64,000 nucleotides of DNA from Gammaproteobacteria bacterium (GTDB lineage: Bacteria > Pseudomonadota > Gammaproteobacteria > SZUA-229). A model generated the notes under the pieces. That model worked only from the letters and a program-made list of their open reading frames with translations, made no database searches and was not told where the DNA came from. Shown one piece after another: positions 39,750-53,124 of this stretch. Numbering within the stretch: position 1 is the stretch's first letter; the number at the start of each line of letters is the position of its first letter. The stretch is from NCBI GenBank assembly GCA_029881035.1, contig JAOUNI010000002.1, forward strand, positions 64,565 to 128,564, read 5' to 3'. Both the position numbers and the translations under genes were made by a program.

Positions 39750-41582
39750 TTAATCCCCAACTACAAGATCCGAACCAGAATCTTTCTCTACCTGACCAAT
39801 CTTGAAATAATGCATCATGTTATTCAGCTCGTTGGATTGTCGATCCACCGAATCACTGGCGATTGCGATCCGATCTAACATAGAAGTATTCTGTTGAGTT
39901 ATTTCTTCTATTTCAAGAACAACGTGATTAACCTGATCAATGCCATTCGCCTGATCACGACAGGTACGTGAAATCTCAGAGATGGCGGCTGCCACCTTTT
40001 GAATTGAACCCGACATTTCACCTAGTGCTTCTGCTGCCTGTTCAACTAGGGCAGAACCTTCTTTAGCATTCTCAATATTACTTCTGATCAATGTACCAAT
40101 TTCCTTGGCAGCACTAGCCGAACGTTGCGCAAGATTACGCACCTCGCTCGCCACCACTGAAAACCCCTTACCTTTATCACCCGCATGTGCAGCTTCAATA
40201 GAAGCATTAAGAGCGAGCAGGTTTGTCTGGAAAGCAATCTCATTAATAACCTGAATAATGCCATCCATTTTTTCGCTGCCATTATCAATCATTTCCACTG
40301 AGCCAATAACCATGGTTAATGCTAATGCGGCATCCTGCGCCCGGGATTTTGCATTCTCGGAAATATCAGCAGCACCTTCAGAAAGGTCTGCCGTTTGTTT
40401 AACAGAATTGGTCATCGCTTTCATAGAAGCAGACGCCTTTTTTAAATTCGACATTTCTGCCTCAGTACGCCTGGCCAGATCAGCGTTACCATCCGCCGTT
40501 TGTCTGGCAAGATGGTTAATTGAATTCAGATTAACTCTTGCATCACTTACTACATTTTCAATCTTATCTACAAATTTATTAAATGCTCTTGCTAGCTTAA
40601 TCAATTCCTCAGTACCCGTTGCTGGCATGCGTTGAGTTAAATCACCATCACCATCTGCAATCTCTTCCATCGCAGTTGAAATTTTTACTAAAGGTTCGGT
40701 TAATTTTTTCAGGTACCAGAACAGACCTAAAACAGTACAGATTAACAACATACCATTAAAACTATAGGTTACTGCTACAATCCATTGCTCATCTTCATAG
40801 CTTTCTGTACGGTCCCTTGCACTCACAAGATAAGCAATAGCATCGCCACTTGAGTTGACCACAGGCTGAATTACAATGGTATATAAACGTTCATTAAATT
40901 GGCCTACTGAAACTGAATATTTACCCAGCTCTGGTAGAGCTACTCGCAACTTAGAAAACATATCAACTTGCGTCGTATAAATTTCATCACCATCTACATT
41001 CACGATAAAATTTTCAGAATTATCATTTTTCTTGAAATCTTCTAATGCTGCCTGAAGATTTTTCATATATACAGCCACACCGATTTGAACGCCCTTTGAA
41101 TAAAGTGGAAATGCGGCAGAAATTACCAGCGCATCATTATCGTCCAGTTCTACACCATAACTGATGTTGCCACTTTCCAGCGCCGCTTTCACCGTATTCT
41201 TCTGGGTCTCTCCTGAAGAAGCATTGGGTAAAGCGTACAAAATATCACCGCTCATATCTGTGATTTGTATACGATCGAGAACTTTATCTGAATTCAGTAG
41301 CTTATAGACAGCAAGTACATTGGCTGATAAATCAGCCTTATTTTTTTTCTTAAGTGCCGCAAGAATTTCAGGATCACTATTCAAAATTTGAATATTGGAT
41401 AGCATATGGTCAGCTTGACTGCTGATTATTTTTGACCATAAAACTGTCTTGCCTGTAATGGCCTCATCGCGAAATCTTTCTTCGACCTCAGCAATAGACA
41501 TTCTGGCGTTTATAATGATTACGGCCACTACTAGCAAAATAGTCGAAGCTGCAACAAAACTGATGCGCGTACCCAAAGTCAT
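39750..41582 (-). CDS. Methyl-accepting chemotaxis protein with a periplasmic Cache-like sensor domain and HAMP
   Basis: 610 aa; two TM helices flanking a ~270-aa periplasmic domain; conserved MCP signalling domain. Confidence 0.9.
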   Translation of the reverse strand: MTLGTRISFVAASTILLVVAVIIINARMSIAEVEERFRDEAITGKTVLWSKIISSQADHMLSNIQILNSDPEILAALKKKNKADLSANVLAVYKLLNSDKVLDRIQITDMSGDILYALPNASSGETQKNTVKAALESGNISYGVELDDNDALVISAAFPLYSKGVQIGVAVYMKNLQAALEDFKKNDNSENFIVNVDGDEIYTTQVDMFSKLRVALPELGKYSVSVGQFNERLYTIVIQPVVNSSGDAIAYLVSARDRTESYEDEQWIVAVTYSFNGMLLICTVLGLFWYLKKLTEPLVKISTAMEEIADGDGDLTQRMPATGTEELIKLARAFNKFVDKIENVVSDARVNLNSINHLARQTADGNADLARRTEAEMSNLKKASASMKAMTNSVKQTADLSEGAADISENAKSRAQDAALALTMVIGSVEMIDNGSEKMDGIIQVINEIAFQTNLLALNASIEAAHAGDKGKGFSVVASEVRNLAQRSASAAKEIGTLIRSNIENAKEGSALVEQAAEALGEMSGSIQKVAAAISEISRTCRDQANGIDQVNHVVLEIEEITQQNTSMLDRIAIASDSVDRQSNELNNMMHYFKIGQVEKDSGSDLVVGD

Positions 41583-41981
41583 TGAACACCACCTTCTTTA
41601 AAACTATGCGACTGGCAAATAAAACCGGAATCCCTCCCTCCCGAGATATCAAAAAATCTCAACTCCCCCATTGAATAAATGCCAGGCTTGTAGCTTTTAT
41701 CTGGGGCCGTTATGACAAAGAACAACTTTCTGACCAAATAATTCTTTATTTCATATTATGCAATACACACCCTACGCATAATAACTTCTTGTTATGCGAA
41801 GTATAGAACATATGCCGATATTTGGGATGCTAATGAGAAAAACAGAATGAGGCATGTAATACGGCAGTGCGCATTATCGGAGTGTCACAGTAGTAAAAAA
41901 ACACCAAAACTATAGGATGATAAAATTTTACCTGCGTGATGACAGTGCACATCCACGAACTGAAAATTAACCTTTAAAGGA

Positions 41982-43286
41982 TTAACCCTTAATAAACCGA
42001 TACTCAGCAGATCGGGCATGCGCAACCAGACCTTCTCCATGGGCCAATGTTGAAGCACACTTGCCCAGATCTGAAGCACCCTGGGCTGAGCACGCAATCA
42101 AACTGGACCGTTTCTGAAAATCATAAACACCCAGTGGTGATGAAAAACGCGCAGTACCGGAAGTAGGTAAGACATGATTCGGGCCAGCACAATAATCACC
42201 CAGCGCCTCGGCGGTATAGCGTCCCATGAAGATAGCGCCAGCGTGACGTATTTTTTGCGCCCACTGCTCTGCATTCTCAATTGAGAGTTCTAAATGTTCC
42301 GGTGCGATATGATTGGCTACCTTAATCGCCTCATCCATATTCGATACCAAAATAAATGCCGCCCGATTCTGCAATGCAGCTTGAATGATTTTTTTACGAG
42401 GCATTTCGGCCAATAACTTTTCAATACTAGTTTTTACCTTTTGTAAAAAACCTGCATCAGTAGTAACTAAAATAGATTGCGCTTCTTCATCATGTTCGGC
42501 CTGCGAAAATAAATCCATAGCGATCCAGTCTGGGTCAGTTTTACCATCACACACTACCAGAATTTCAGAAGGGCCGGCAATCATGTCGATACCGACAACA
42601 CCGTAAACCATGCGCTTGGCCGTCGCAACATAACTGTTACCGGGGCCGGTAATGATGTCAACTTTAGGAATGGTTTCAGTACCATAAGCTAACGCAGCAA
42701 CAGCCTGTGCGCCACCCACGGTAAAGACTCGGTCGACACCTGAAATAGCTGCGGCGGCCAATACCAGATCATTAGTCTCTCCACCCGGGGTTGGCACCAC
42801 CATAATCAATTCGGGTACTTCGGCTACCTTTGCGGGGATTGCATTCATCAAGACGGAAGAAGGATAAGCGGCTTTACCACCGGGCACATACAGACCCGCT
42901 CTATCCATGGGTGTAATTTTCTGGCCCAACACTGTGCCATCGGCTTCGGTATAAGACCAGGATTCCATTTTCTGATGCTGCGCATAAGCACGTACTCGAT
43001 TTGCGGCTAATTCCAATGCTTCGCGTTGCTCAGGATTAATCGCCGCCAGTGCTTTTTGTAAAGTAACGGGGCTCAGCTCCAGCTGGTCAGCTGATGTTGC
43101 AGCCACACGATCAAATTTTTGTGTGTATTCAAGTAATGCTGCATCACCACGTTTTTTAACGTCGGCAAGAATATCAGTGACCACGGAAACGACGCCACTA
43201 TCAGCTGACTGTTCCCAGGCTAATACTTCATCCAGTTGTTGCCAGAAACTTTTATCGCTGGCATTGAGTTGACGAATCTCAGGCAT
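41982..43286 (-). CDS. hisD: Histidinol dehydrogenase
   Basis: 434 aa, canonical HisD. Confidence 0.95.
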   Translation of the reverse strand: MPEIRQLNASDKSFWQQLDEVLAWEQSADSGVVSVVTDILADVKKRGDAALLEYTQKFDRVAATSADQLELSPVTLQKALAAINPEQREALELAANRVRAYAQHQKMESWSYTEADGTVLGQKITPMDRAGLYVPGGKAAYPSSVLMNAIPAKVAEVPELIMVVPTPGGETNDLVLAAAAISGVDRVFTVGGAQAVAALAYGTETIPKVDIITGPGNSYVATAKRMVYGVVGIDMIAGPSEILVVCDGKTDPDWIAMDLFSQAEHDEEAQSILVTTDAGFLQKVKTSIEKLLAEMPRKKIIQAALQNRAAFILVSNMDEAIKVANHIAPEHLELSIENAEQWAQKIRHAGAIFMGRYTAEALGDYCAGPNHVLPTSGTARFSSPLGVYDFQKRSSLIACSAQGASDLGKCASTLAHGEGLVAHARSAEYRFIKG

Positions 43287-43920
43287 TTTTCTCTACCGCT
43301 GCTTTTATTTTTTCAATGATGTCACTAATTCTTGCGTGTTTCATTTTCATCGCTGCTTTATTGATGATTAGGCGTGAACTAATATCGGCAATGTGATCCA
43401 TCGGTTTCAGACCATTGGCTTTTAAAGTGTTACCTGTATCAACCACATCAACGATTAAATCGGCCAGACCCACAATTGGACCCAATTCCATTGATCCATA
43501 AAGCTTGATAACTTCAACCTGTTCACCTCGTGATTCAAAAAATCGTTTAGCTACATTGACGAATTTAGTCGCCACACGCAGACGCCCATTTTTATTTCCG
43601 TTACTTGAATCAACATTGACCAATCCCGCAGTCATCAATCTACATTTTGCAATTCTCAAATCTACCGGTTCGTATAAACCCTCTGCGCCATGTTCCATCA
43701 ATACATCTTTACCTGCAACGCCGATATCGGCCGCGCCAAACTGCACATAAGTAGGTACATCGGTGGCACGAATAATCACCAGTTTGACGTCATCCTGATT
43801 AGTATCAAGGATTAACTTACGGCTTTTTTCGGGGTCTTCTGCCGGAATAATATTAGCCGCTTCCAACAAGGGAAGCGTCTCTTTATAAATACGGCCTTTA
43901 GATAATGCAATAGTAATCAT
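43279..43920 (-). CDS. hisG: ATP phosphoribosyltransferase, short form (HisGs). The track ORF is extended to 43956; the likely start is [10 protein letters not shown]
   Basis: ~213 aa lacking the C-terminal regulatory domain; overlaps hisD by 8 bp. Confidence 0.85.
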   Translation of the reverse strand: MITIALSKGRIYKETLPLLEAANIIPAEDPEKSRKLILDTNQDDVKLVIIRATDVPTYVQFGAADIGVAGKDVLMEHGAEGLYEPVDLRIAKCRLMTAGLVNVDSSNGNKNGRLRVATKFVNVAKRFFESRGEQVEVIKLYGSMELGPIVGLADLIVDVVDTGNTLKANGLKPMDHIADISSRLIINKAAMKMKHARISDIIEKIKAAVEKNA

Positions 43921-43952
43921 AATTATGTATTTTTTAACAATCTGCTTGAATA

Positions 43953-45556
<1,604 letters not shown>

Positions 45557-45558
45557 GA

Positions 45559-46236
45559 TCAGGATTTCTGTTGTGACTCATCACTGTTTGTCGTTTCTGG
45601 TGTAACTGGTTTTTCAGCGACTCGGGCATTTTTATCCTGCAGCATTTTTAGCACCGCTTCGATACCGCCTTTACGCATTTCCTGAGTAAAAGTACCGCGG
45701 TAATTAGTCACCAGGCTAACGCCATCAATAATAATGTCATACACTTTCCACTCGTTATCTTTAAGTCGCAGGCGATAATCCACAGGAATAGCAGGGCCCC
45801 CTGATTGCAGCACTTCAGATTTAACCGTGACTTTATCCTCTCCAGAAGCCACATTTAAAGGTGAGAAATTAATAGTCTGATCACGGAACTCCTGTAGTGA
45901 CTTACTGTAAGTGCGAATTAACAGGGTCCGGAACTGATCCACAAACTCAATTTTCTGCTCATTATTCGCCTTATTCCAGTTTTTACCCAAAGCCAGTTTA
46001 GCCAGCGTAACATCATCAAGATGAGGAAGAATATGCTCATCCACAATCTGGTAAACAACATTGGGATCCGCATCAATGGCTTCACGCTTCTCTTTTAACA
46101 CCTTTATCACGTCATCCGAAACACGTTTAAGCATATCCACAGGTGGCTCAATTTCAGCTGCCATTACAACCGAACTGATCAATAACACCGAAATAATCAG
46201 TGCATTTATTAATTGTCCAAACTGTAATTTAATCAT
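45559..46236 (-). CDS. mlaC: Phospholipid-binding periplasmic protein MlaC (Tgt2/Ttg2D family)
   Basis: Signal peptide; MlaC family; operon context. Confidence 0.85.
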   Translation of the reverse strand: MIKLQFGQLINALIISVLLISSVVMAAEIEPPVDMLKRVSDDVIKVLKEKREAIDADPNVVYQIVDEHILPHLDDVTLAKLALGKNWNKANNEQKIEFVDQFRTLLIRTYSKSLQEFRDQTINFSPLNVASGEDKVTVKSEVLQSGGPAIPVDYRLRLKDNEWKVYDIIIDGVSLVTNYRGTFTQEMRKGGIEAVLKMLQDKNARVAEKPVTPETTNSDESQQKS

Positions 46237-46268
46237 TCACTTTCTCCTTCAAAGTATTTAAAGGGATA

Positions 46269-46727
46269 CTATTCATCAGCCTTGCTATATAAAAATTGGC
46301 CAATAATTTGTTCCAGCACCAGTGCTGATTGAGTGATATCAATCATCGAACCCGCAACCAGATATTCTTCTTCAGCACCCGGCTCCAGACCGATATACTG
46401 CTCTCCCAGCAACCCCGAAGTCAGAATGCTGGCCGAGCTATCTATAGGAAAAGTATTGTACTGAGGGTCAATGGACATGCTCACCAGCGCCTCGAAACCT
46501 TCTGAATCATAACTGATATCGGTAACACGTCCGATGCGAACACCGCTGGCGGATACGGGTGAACGCACCTTGAGGCCGCCAATATTGTCGAAACGGGCTT
46601 TAATAATATAACCTTCATCGCCACCAAAACTGGCCAGATTACTGACTGACATCGCCAGCATGAATAAAGCTGCCAATCCTGCTGCTACAAATAAACCCAC
46701 CAGTAATTCCAATGTACGTGTATTCAT
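46269..46727 (-). CDS. mlaD: Outer-membrane lipid asymmetry maintenance protein MlaD (MCE domain)
   Basis: N-terminal TM plus an MCE domain. Confidence 0.85.
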   Translation of the reverse strand: MNTRTLELLVGLFVAAGLAALFMLAMSVSNLASFGGDEGYIIKARFDNIGGLKVRSPVSASGVRIGRVTDISYDSEGFEALVSMSIDPQYNTFPIDSSASILTSGLLGEQYIGLEPGAEEEYLVAGSMIDITQSALVLEQIIGQFLYSKADE

Positions 46728-46756
46728 GAAATACCTCTTAAATTCTCCAAATACTT

Positions 46757-47551
46757 CTACTTACTAAACATCAGCGCTGTCAGCACAAAGTCCAGTATCA
46801 GAATAGCCAATGAACCATAAACCACAGTACGGGTTGTTGCCTGCCCCAGACCTTCCGACGTGGGTATACAATCATAACCTTCGAACACTGCAATCCATGA
46901 AACCACGAAACCAAATACCAGGCTCTTGATCATTCCATTACCCAGGTCTTCAAATAATTCAACCTTGGATTGAGCCTGTGACCAGAATGCCCCGGAATCC
47001 AGACCCAACATTTGAACGGCCACCAGATAGCCGCCCATAACACCCACGGCGCTAAAGATAGCTGCAAGCAGCGGCATAGAAATCACACCTGCTAAAAATC
47101 GTGGTGCTACCACTCTCTCAACCGGATTCACTGCCATCATTTCCATACCGGAAAGCTGCTCAGTCGCCTTCATTAAGCCAATTTCGGCAGTCAGTGCGGA
47201 GCCCGCACGACCGGCGAATAATAAGGCGGTAATGACAGGCCCAAGTTCACGCAATAATGACAACACCACCATCACACTCACCGAGTCTTCGGCACCAAAA
47301 TCGACCAATGCGTAATAAGCCTGCAAAGCCATCACCATACCAACGAACAAACCGGCGACGACAATAATAATCAGCGTTTGCACACCGACAGAAAACAACT
47401 GCTTAACCAGTAACCCGGGACGCATCAACATTCCGCTCAGGCCAGCGAATACTGCCATCAAAAAAACATTAGCACGCCCTAAACGAGACAGTGCAGCGAG
47501 AGTGCCATGCCCCAGCGCCTGTATGCGATCCAGTAAATTGTTAACCACGCC
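46757..47551 (-). CDS. mlaE: MlaE permease. The track ORF extends to 47758 through non-conserved sequence; the likely GTG start is near 47546-47551 at GVVNNLLDRIQALG
   Basis: Aligns with E. coli MlaE from [10 protein letters not shown] onward; start overlaps the mlaF stop. Confidence 0.8.
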   Translation of the reverse strand, partial: GVVNNLLDRIQALGHGTLAALSRLGRANVFLMAVFAGLSGMLMRPGLLVKQLFSVGVQTLIIIVVAGLFVGMVMALQAYYALVDFGAEDSVSVMVVLSLLRELGPVITALLFAGRAGSALTAEIGLMKATEQLSGMEMMAVNPVERVVAPRFLAGVISMPLLAAIFSAVGVMGGYLVAVQMLGLDSGAFWSQAQSKVELFEDLGNGMIKSLVFGFVVSWIAVFEGYDCIPTSEGLGQATTRTVVYGSLAILILDFVLTALMFSK

Positions 47552-48356
47552 TTCTCTCCGAGACAGCAAACAAATCATCAAACAAAGGTGGTGCATCAAA
47601 ATGGAAGGGGACCGGCCCATCCGCCAGACCTTCCATAAACTGCCGCGTCCATTCAGAGTCACTGCTATGGATATCTTCAGGCGAGCCATGTTCAACCACT
47701 GTACCCGCAGAAATGATGTAGACATAATTTGCAATCGACATGGTCTCATAGACATCATGTGAAACTACAATACTGCAAATATTCAGCGCATCATTCAGGC
47801 TTTTGATGAGTTTCACCAGTACTCCCATGGAGATGGGATCCTGCCCGGTGAACGGCTCATCATACATAATCATCATCGGATCAAGTGCAATAGCTCTGGC
47901 CATAGCTACCCGCCGAGCCATGCCACCTGACAGCTCTGCTGGCGATAAATCCATGGCACCACGCAATCCGACAGCGTTCAGCTTGAGCAATACCAGCTGA
48001 CGCACCATAGCTTCATTAAGTTTGGTATGTTCGCGTATTGGATAAGCCACATTCTCGAAAACGGACAAATCGGTCAATAATGCTCCACTCTGGAACAACA
48101 TACCCATACGCTTGCGCAATTCGTACAATTCCCGGGTTTTCAGTTGATGAATATTCTGACCATCCACTTCGATAGAGCCCGCATCTGGTCTTAGCTGACC
48201 ACCAATCAGTTTGAGCAACGTTGTCTTGCCAGTACCACTCGGCCCCATAATGGCGGTAATACCTGTGCGCGGAATATCCATATCCACATTATTAAAAATA
48301 ACACGGTCGCCCCGGCTGAATTTCAGCCCACGAATCTTTATCAGGACTTCACTCAA
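47541..48356 (-). CDS. mlaF: MlaF ABC transporter ATP-binding protein
   Basis: Walker A GPSGTGKTT, ABC signature LSGGMARRVAMARA, Walker B MYDEPF. Confidence 0.9.
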   Translation of the reverse strand: MSEVLIKIRGLKFSRGDRVIFNNVDMDIPRTGITAIMGPSGTGKTTLLKLIGGQLRPDAGSIEVDGQNIHQLKTRELYELRKRMGMLFQSGALLTDLSVFENVAYPIREHTKLNEAMVRQLVLLKLNAVGLRGAMDLSPAELSGGMARRVAMARAIALDPMMIMYDEPFTGQDPISMGVLVKLIKSLNDALNICSIVVSHDVYETMSIANYVYIISAGTVVEHGSPEDIHSSDSEWTRQFMEGLADGPVPFHFDAPPLFDDLFAVSERRRG

Positions 48357-48574
48357 GCTATTAATCCTTTAGAACACCGCTTTATCACTTTTATCTGCAC
48401 CGCTTTATGATGAATATAGGCGCGTATTGTATGCGTTTGAACCTGTTCATGCACCTGTTTAAATGTGACCGCTCAACAACCACCGTTAGTTCGCTTATAA
48501 TGGCGAGACTAAATAATTTGTCTTTGATTTACACATTAGCGTATTCTTCACGGCCCACAAAACAGAAACTATTT

Positions 48575-49558
48575 ATGCCCGCCGAAAGCCTTATCATCAA
48601 TAGCATTGCCATTATTGCCGGTTTAGCTCTACTAGTATGGAGCGCTGACCGCTTTATTTTTGGTGCCGCTGCTGCTGCCAGAAACATGAATATCTCGCCA
48701 CTGGTGATAGGTTTAACCATCGTCGGCTTTGGTACCTCAGCACCCGAAATGTTAATTGCCTGTTTCGCATCCCTTGATGGTAGCCCGGCTATGGCCATTG
48801 GTAATGCCATTGGCTCAAATATAACCAATATCACGCTTGTTCTGGGCGTAGCGGCGCTAATCATCCCGCTGAACGTACATTCACGCATTCTGAAAAAAGA
48901 GCTCCCCCTGTTGCTTGTTGCCATGCTGCTCTCACTAACGTTATTAATCGATGGTGAGCTATCATTCACCGACGGTTTGTTACTGTTCGGCTCACTGGTT
49001 TTAATTATGTGGTGGATTACGCATCAGGCGCTCACCGAACGTAATCATGATGCCATGGAAGACGAATATGACGACGAAATTCCATGCAACGTACCTATGC
49101 CCAAAGCCATCTTCTGGCTGATCGCAGGTTTAACCCTGCTCATCGCCAGCTCTAAACTACTGGTCTGGGGCGCGGTCAATATCGCCACCGCCATGGGCAT
49201 CAGCGAACTGGTCATTGGCCTGACCATCATCGCCATTGGCACCAGTCTTCCGGAAATGGCTGCCACCATTGCTGGTGCTCTAAAAAATGAACACGATATT
49301 GCCATCGGCAATATCGTCGGTTCAAACCTGTTTAATACCCTGGGAGTACTCGCTGTGCCCGGTCTACTGGCTCCGGCACCACTGGCCGAAGGCATTCTGG
49401 AACGTGATATCCCGGTAGTCTTTACCCTGACCATTACTCTGTTTATTATGGCCTATGGTTTCAAAGGTCTCGGGCGTATCAACCGGATTGAAGGTGGCAT
49501 ATTGCTATCCGCATTTTGCGCTTATCAAGTTCTGCTATATTTCACCGCGATCCACTAA
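48575..49558 (+). CDS. yrbG: CaCA-family Ca2+/Na+ antiporter (YrbG-like). The track ORF starts at 48407; the likely start is MPAESLII at 48575
   Basis: Two alpha-repeat GTS(A/L)PE motifs (GFGTSAPEM, GTSLPEMA); synteny yrbG-kdsD-kdsC-lptCAB. Confidence 0.8.
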   Translation: MPAESLIINSIAIIAGLALLVWSADRFIFGAAAAARNMNISPLVIGLTIVGFGTSAPEMLIACFASLDGSPAMAIGNAIGSNITNITLVLGVAALIIPLNVHSRILKKELPLLLVAMLLSLTLLIDGELSFTDGLLLFGSLVLIMWWITHQALTERNHDAMEDEYDDEIPCNVPMPKAIFWLIAGLTLLIASSKLLVWGAVNIATAMGISELVIGLTIIAIGTSLPEMAATIAGALKNEHDIAIGNIVGSNLFNTLGVLAVPGLLAPAPLAEGILERDIPVVFTLTITLFIMAYGFKGLGRINRIEGGILLSAFCAYQVLLYFTAIH

Positions 49559-49619
49559 CATTGGCGACTAACCATCACTATATATCAACACTTAAAACAA
49601 GCAGAATGACTAAAAAACC

Positions 49620-50606
49620 ATGCCAATGACAGATTTGGAAAATGCCAATTTTAAACAGCTCGGACTCGCCGTTATCAACACCGAACTAGACGCGGTGGAG
49701 GCACTGAAATCGCGCATTAATGATGATTTTTCCAGAGCCTGTGAATTAATGCTCACCTGTGAAGGCCGCATTGTAGTTACCGGCATGGGTAAATCGGGGC
49801 ATATTGGTGGCAAAATCGCAGCGACACTAGCCAGCACCGGCAGCCCGGCTTTTTTTGTTCATCCTGGCGAAGCTAGCCATGGCGATCTTGGTATGATCAC
49901 CCCCAAAGACGTGGTTATCGCCCTGTCCAATTCAGGCAATACCACAGAAATATTAACCATCATCCCCATTATCAAGCGCTTCGGTGTACCGCTCATCGCG
50001 CTAACAGGCAATACCCAGTCACCACTGGCAACATTGGCGGATGTTAACCTGGACGTCAGCGTGGCACAGGAAGCCTGCCCACATGGGCTGGCGCCTACTT
50101 CAAGCACGACAGTCTCACTGGTCATGGGCGATGCCCTGGCTGTTGCACTGTTGCAGGCTCGTGGTTTCACCCCGGAAGATTTTGCACTTTCGCACCCTGG
50201 CGGCAGTCTGGGTCGCCGCCTGTTATGCCATGTTAGCGACATCATGCACAAAGATGATAGAACGCCTAAAGTAAGCCGACAGGCCACCATCTCAGAAGCA
50301 CTGCTGGAAATGACGAGCAAAGGCCTCGGCATGACCGCCATCGTTGACGACAACGACCAGCTATTGGGTATTTATACTGATGGTGACCTACGCCGTTCAC
50401 TGGACAAAGGGATCGACATTCATACTTCACCCATCGAAGCCGTGATGACTACCAATTGCAAGACGGCCGATGAACACGATCTGGCCGTCGAAGCCCTTAA
50501 GCTCATGGATGACTTCAATATCAACGGCATTCTGGTCACCGACAAAAACAACAAGCTCATCGGCGCACTCAATATGCACGACCTTTTACGTGCTGGCGTG
50601 GTCTGA
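49620..50606 (+). CDS. kdsD: Arabinose-5-phosphate isomerase (SIS plus tandem CBS)
   Basis: 328 aa KpsF/GutQ family, GMGKSGHIG SIS motif. Confidence 0.9.
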   Translation: MPMTDLENANFKQLGLAVINTELDAVEALKSRINDDFSRACELMLTCEGRIVVTGMGKSGHIGGKIAATLASTGSPAFFVHPGEASHGDLGMITPKDVVIALSNSGNTTEILTIIPIIKRFGVPLIALTGNTQSPLATLADVNLDVSVAQEACPHGLAPTSSTTVSLVMGDALAVALLQARGFTPEDFALSHPGGSLGRRLLCHVSDIMHKDDRTPKVSRQATISEALLEMTSKGLGMTAIVDDNDQLLGIYTDGDLRRSLDKGIDIHTSPIEAVMTTNCKTADEHDLAVEALKLMDDFNINGILVTDKNNKLIGALNMHDLLRAGVV

Positions 50607-50630
50607 AGCAACAATCAACAGGAGCTGCTC

Positions 50631-51164
50631 GTGCAGGACATTATTGAAAAAGCAAAAAATATAAAACTGGTTATTTTTGATGTCGACGGTGTAATGACCG
50701 ACAGCAGCCTGTTTATGGGCGACGATGGTCAGGAATACAAAGCTTTCAACTCCAAAGATGGTCACGGTATGCGCATGTTGCAAGAATGCGGTGTTAAAGC
50801 TGCGATTATCACCGGTCGCAAATCCAATGTAGTGGCACACCGTATGAAGGATCTTGGTATTGAGCTGGTATATCAGGGTTATCGAGATAAAACTCCAGCC
50901 TTCGAAGATTTGATGAAAGAAGTCGGGCTTTCAATTGACCAAATTGCCTACGTTGGTGATGATGTGGTCGATCTGCCGGTAATGTCACGTGTCGGTTTTG
51001 CTATTGCCGTACAGGATGCCCACCCCTTCGTAAAACAACACGCTCACTGGATTGCGCCTCGAAATGGTGGCTATGGCGCAGTACGGGATGTTTGTGAATT
51101 CATCCTCGAAGCCCAGGGCACGTTAGCTGACAAACTCAAATCCTATCTCTACATAGCCAAATAA
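50631..51164 (+). CDS. kdsC: 3-deoxy-D-manno-octulosonate 8-phosphate phosphatase
   Basis: HAD motif VIFDVDGVMTD. Confidence 0.85.
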   Translation: MQDIIEKAKNIKLVIFDVDGVMTDSSLFMGDDGQEYKAFNSKDGHGMRMLQECGVKAAIITGRKSNVVAHRMKDLGIELVYQGYRDKTPAFEDLMKEVGLSIDQIAYVGDDVVDLPVMSRVGFAIAVQDAHPFVKQHAHWIAPRNGGYGAVRDVCEFILEAQGTLADKLKSYLYIAK

Positions 51165-51182
51165 CGACAGAGTCCTAATTTT

Positions 51183-51737
51183 GTGAAACGACTGGTTTCC
51201 TTATCGATCATTGCTATTGCAGCGCTGATTTTCTGGGGCTCAAAAATCTGGGAAAATAAGCAGGTGATCAACACCCTGGAAAGCAGCGATCCGCACTATA
51301 TCAATGTTTTCATTCGTGATTTCACCATTACTGCAATGGATGAAAATGGCCAGCCTGCATATATCCTGAAAGCTAATAAACTCGAACACTATAATGATAA
51401 TGAATACGCCGTTATCGAAGCACCCGTTATAGAATTAACACAGGGGGAGCATCATTGGATGATTAGCGCCAGATCAGGCGAGATTGATGATACTAATCAA
51501 CGCATCACACTCCTTGGTGAGGTTATTTTACAACAACAAAATAAACCACAACCAATACGACTTGAAACTGAGCAACTGGAAATTGATACCCGCCAACAAA
51601 CTGCCAAAAGCACACAAACAGTGAACATTACTCAGCAGAAATTTAATCTACAATCCACGGGCATGATATTGAATAATGCTAGCGGGAAGCTTGAACTACT
51701 CAACAGCGTTAAAGGCAACTATGTTCAAATCAGATAA
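51183..51737 (+). CDS. lptC: LPS export protein LptC (GTG start)
   Basis: N-terminal TM anchor; position between kdsC and lptA. Confidence 0.75.
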   Translation: MKRLVSLSIIAIAALIFWGSKIWENKQVINTLESSDPHYINVFIRDFTITAMDENGQPAYILKANKLEHYNDNEYAVIEAPVIELTQGEHHWMISARSGEIDDTNQRITLLGEVILQQQNKPQPIRLETEQLEIDTRQQTAKSTQTVNITQQKFNLQSTGMILNNASGKLELLNSVKGNYVQIR

Positions 51738-52278
51738 AATCCGCTCAATTTCATATCACAGGATCATATTAACGCTGATGTTATTGCACGCTCCTGTGGG
51801 ACTTGCTACCAATAGTGAGATTGAAGAGAATATTCAAATTCAGGCGAATTACATGCAATTTGATATGGAAACAGGGAGTAGCATCTATGAAGGTGATGTC
51901 AAAATCAGTCAGGGAACAATCCAGCTACTTGGACAAAAAGTAACCATCCTACGACAACAGGATCAGATTCAGGAAATTAACGTTGATGGTCAACCTGCAC
52001 GATATAGCCAGGATGAAGATACCGAAAATAAAATTCATGCGACCAGCCAACACATGCAGTATCTGACCGATCAGCATCGACTAGTAATGACAGTAGATGC
52101 CCGTCTGGAACAACCCGACCATACTATAGAAAGTCAACGCATCGTCTACGATACCAAAAATAAAATCGTAATCGCTGGCAGTGATGATGAACATAAACCA
52201 TCAGGAGGACGGGTCAATATCACGCTGACACCGAAAAAAGACAATACGACCACTCCAGCCAACACAGAGAAACCATAG
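51721..52278 (+). CDS. lptA: LPS transport periplasmic protein LptA. The track ORF starts at 51676; the likely start is MFKSDK with a signal peptide
   Basis: Signal peptide ...LATNS; OstA-like beta-jellyroll; precedes lptB. Confidence 0.75.
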   Translation: MFKSDKIRSISYHRIILTLMLLHAPVGLATNSEIEENIQIQANYMQFDMETGSSIYEGDVKISQGTIQLLGQKVTILRQQDQIQEINVDGQPARYSQDEDTENKIHATSQHMQYLTDQHRLVMTVDARLEQPDHTIESQRIVYDTKNKIVIAGSDDEHKPSGGRVNITLTPKKDNTTTPANTEKP

Positions 52279-53003
52279 TGTCGATACTCCGTGCAAAAAG
52301 CCTGGTTAAAAGCTTTAAAACTAGAACTGTTGTCAATGATGTCTCAATTGAAATAAATAGCGGTGAGGTCGTTGGCTTGTTAGGACCCAATGGCGCAGGT
52401 AAAACCACCAGCTTTTATATGGTGGTCGGATTAGTGCCGACCGATAGCGGACAAATCTATCTAAACGAAAAAGACATCACCGACCTGCCGGTACATGCGC
52501 GGGCGCGCAAAGGCATTGGTTATCTACCACAGGAGGCATCCGTCTTCAGAAAATTAACCGTCGAAGACAACATTATGGCCATTCTGGAGCACAATCCGTC
52601 ACTCGATAAAAAAGCCCAATTGCAGCTACTGGAGGATCTTCTGGAAGATTTCCAGATCCAGCATATCCGAGAATCCACCGGGCTGAGCCTGTCAGGGGGT
52701 GAACGTCGACGTGTTGAAATTGCGCGTGCTCTGGCTTCTCAACCCTCTTTTATCCTACTCGATGAACCATTTGCCGGAGTTGACCCGATTTCAGTCATCG
52801 AAATACAGAAAATCATCCGACATTTGATTGAGCGCAATATTGGTGTACTCATTACCGACCATAATGTCCGCGAAACTTTGGGCATTTGCCAGCGGGCCTA
52901 CATTTTAAGTGATGGCAAAATTATTGCTCAGGGCAGCGCGGAGGAGATTTTAGCCAATCAACAAGTACGTGATGTATACCTTGGACGTGATTTTCAGCTA
53001 TAA
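52278..53003 (+). CDS. lptB: LPS export ABC transporter ATP-binding protein LptB (GTG start overlapping the lptA stop)
   Basis: Walker [10 protein letters not shown], signature [14 protein letters not shown]. Confidence 0.95.
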   Translation: MSILRAKSLVKSFKTRTVVNDVSIEINSGEVVGLLGPNGAGKTTSFYMVVGLVPTDSGQIYLNEKDITDLPVHARARKGIGYLPQEASVFRKLTVEDNIMAILEHNPSLDKKAQLQLLEDLLEDFQIQHIRESTGLSLSGGERRRVEIARALASQPSFILLDEPFAGVDPISVIEIQKIIRHLIERNIGVLITDHNVRETLGICQRAYILSDGKIIAQGSAEEILANQQVRDVYLGRDFQL

Positions 53004-53124
53004 GACATGTATGAGCATCAAATAACAACAGTAACTACACTCAGCACCATGTCGACATTACAAATAATTCTGATTTTGTCAGATTTCCACTCCAAATCGT
53101 CAGTAGTGGGGGCCTGCCTATAAA

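Noticed and set aside
41885-42280. ORFs 41885-42097(-) and 42098-42280(-) overlapping the hisD 3' end or downstream region
   Set aside because: They are out-of-frame overlaps with hisD and have no support.
47552-47758. N-terminal 69-aa extension of the mlaE track ORF (also yrbG 48407-48574 and hisG 43921-43956 extensions)
   Set aside because: The extensions are not conserved relative to E. coli homologues and overlap upstream genes. Internal starts fit the synteny and alignments.
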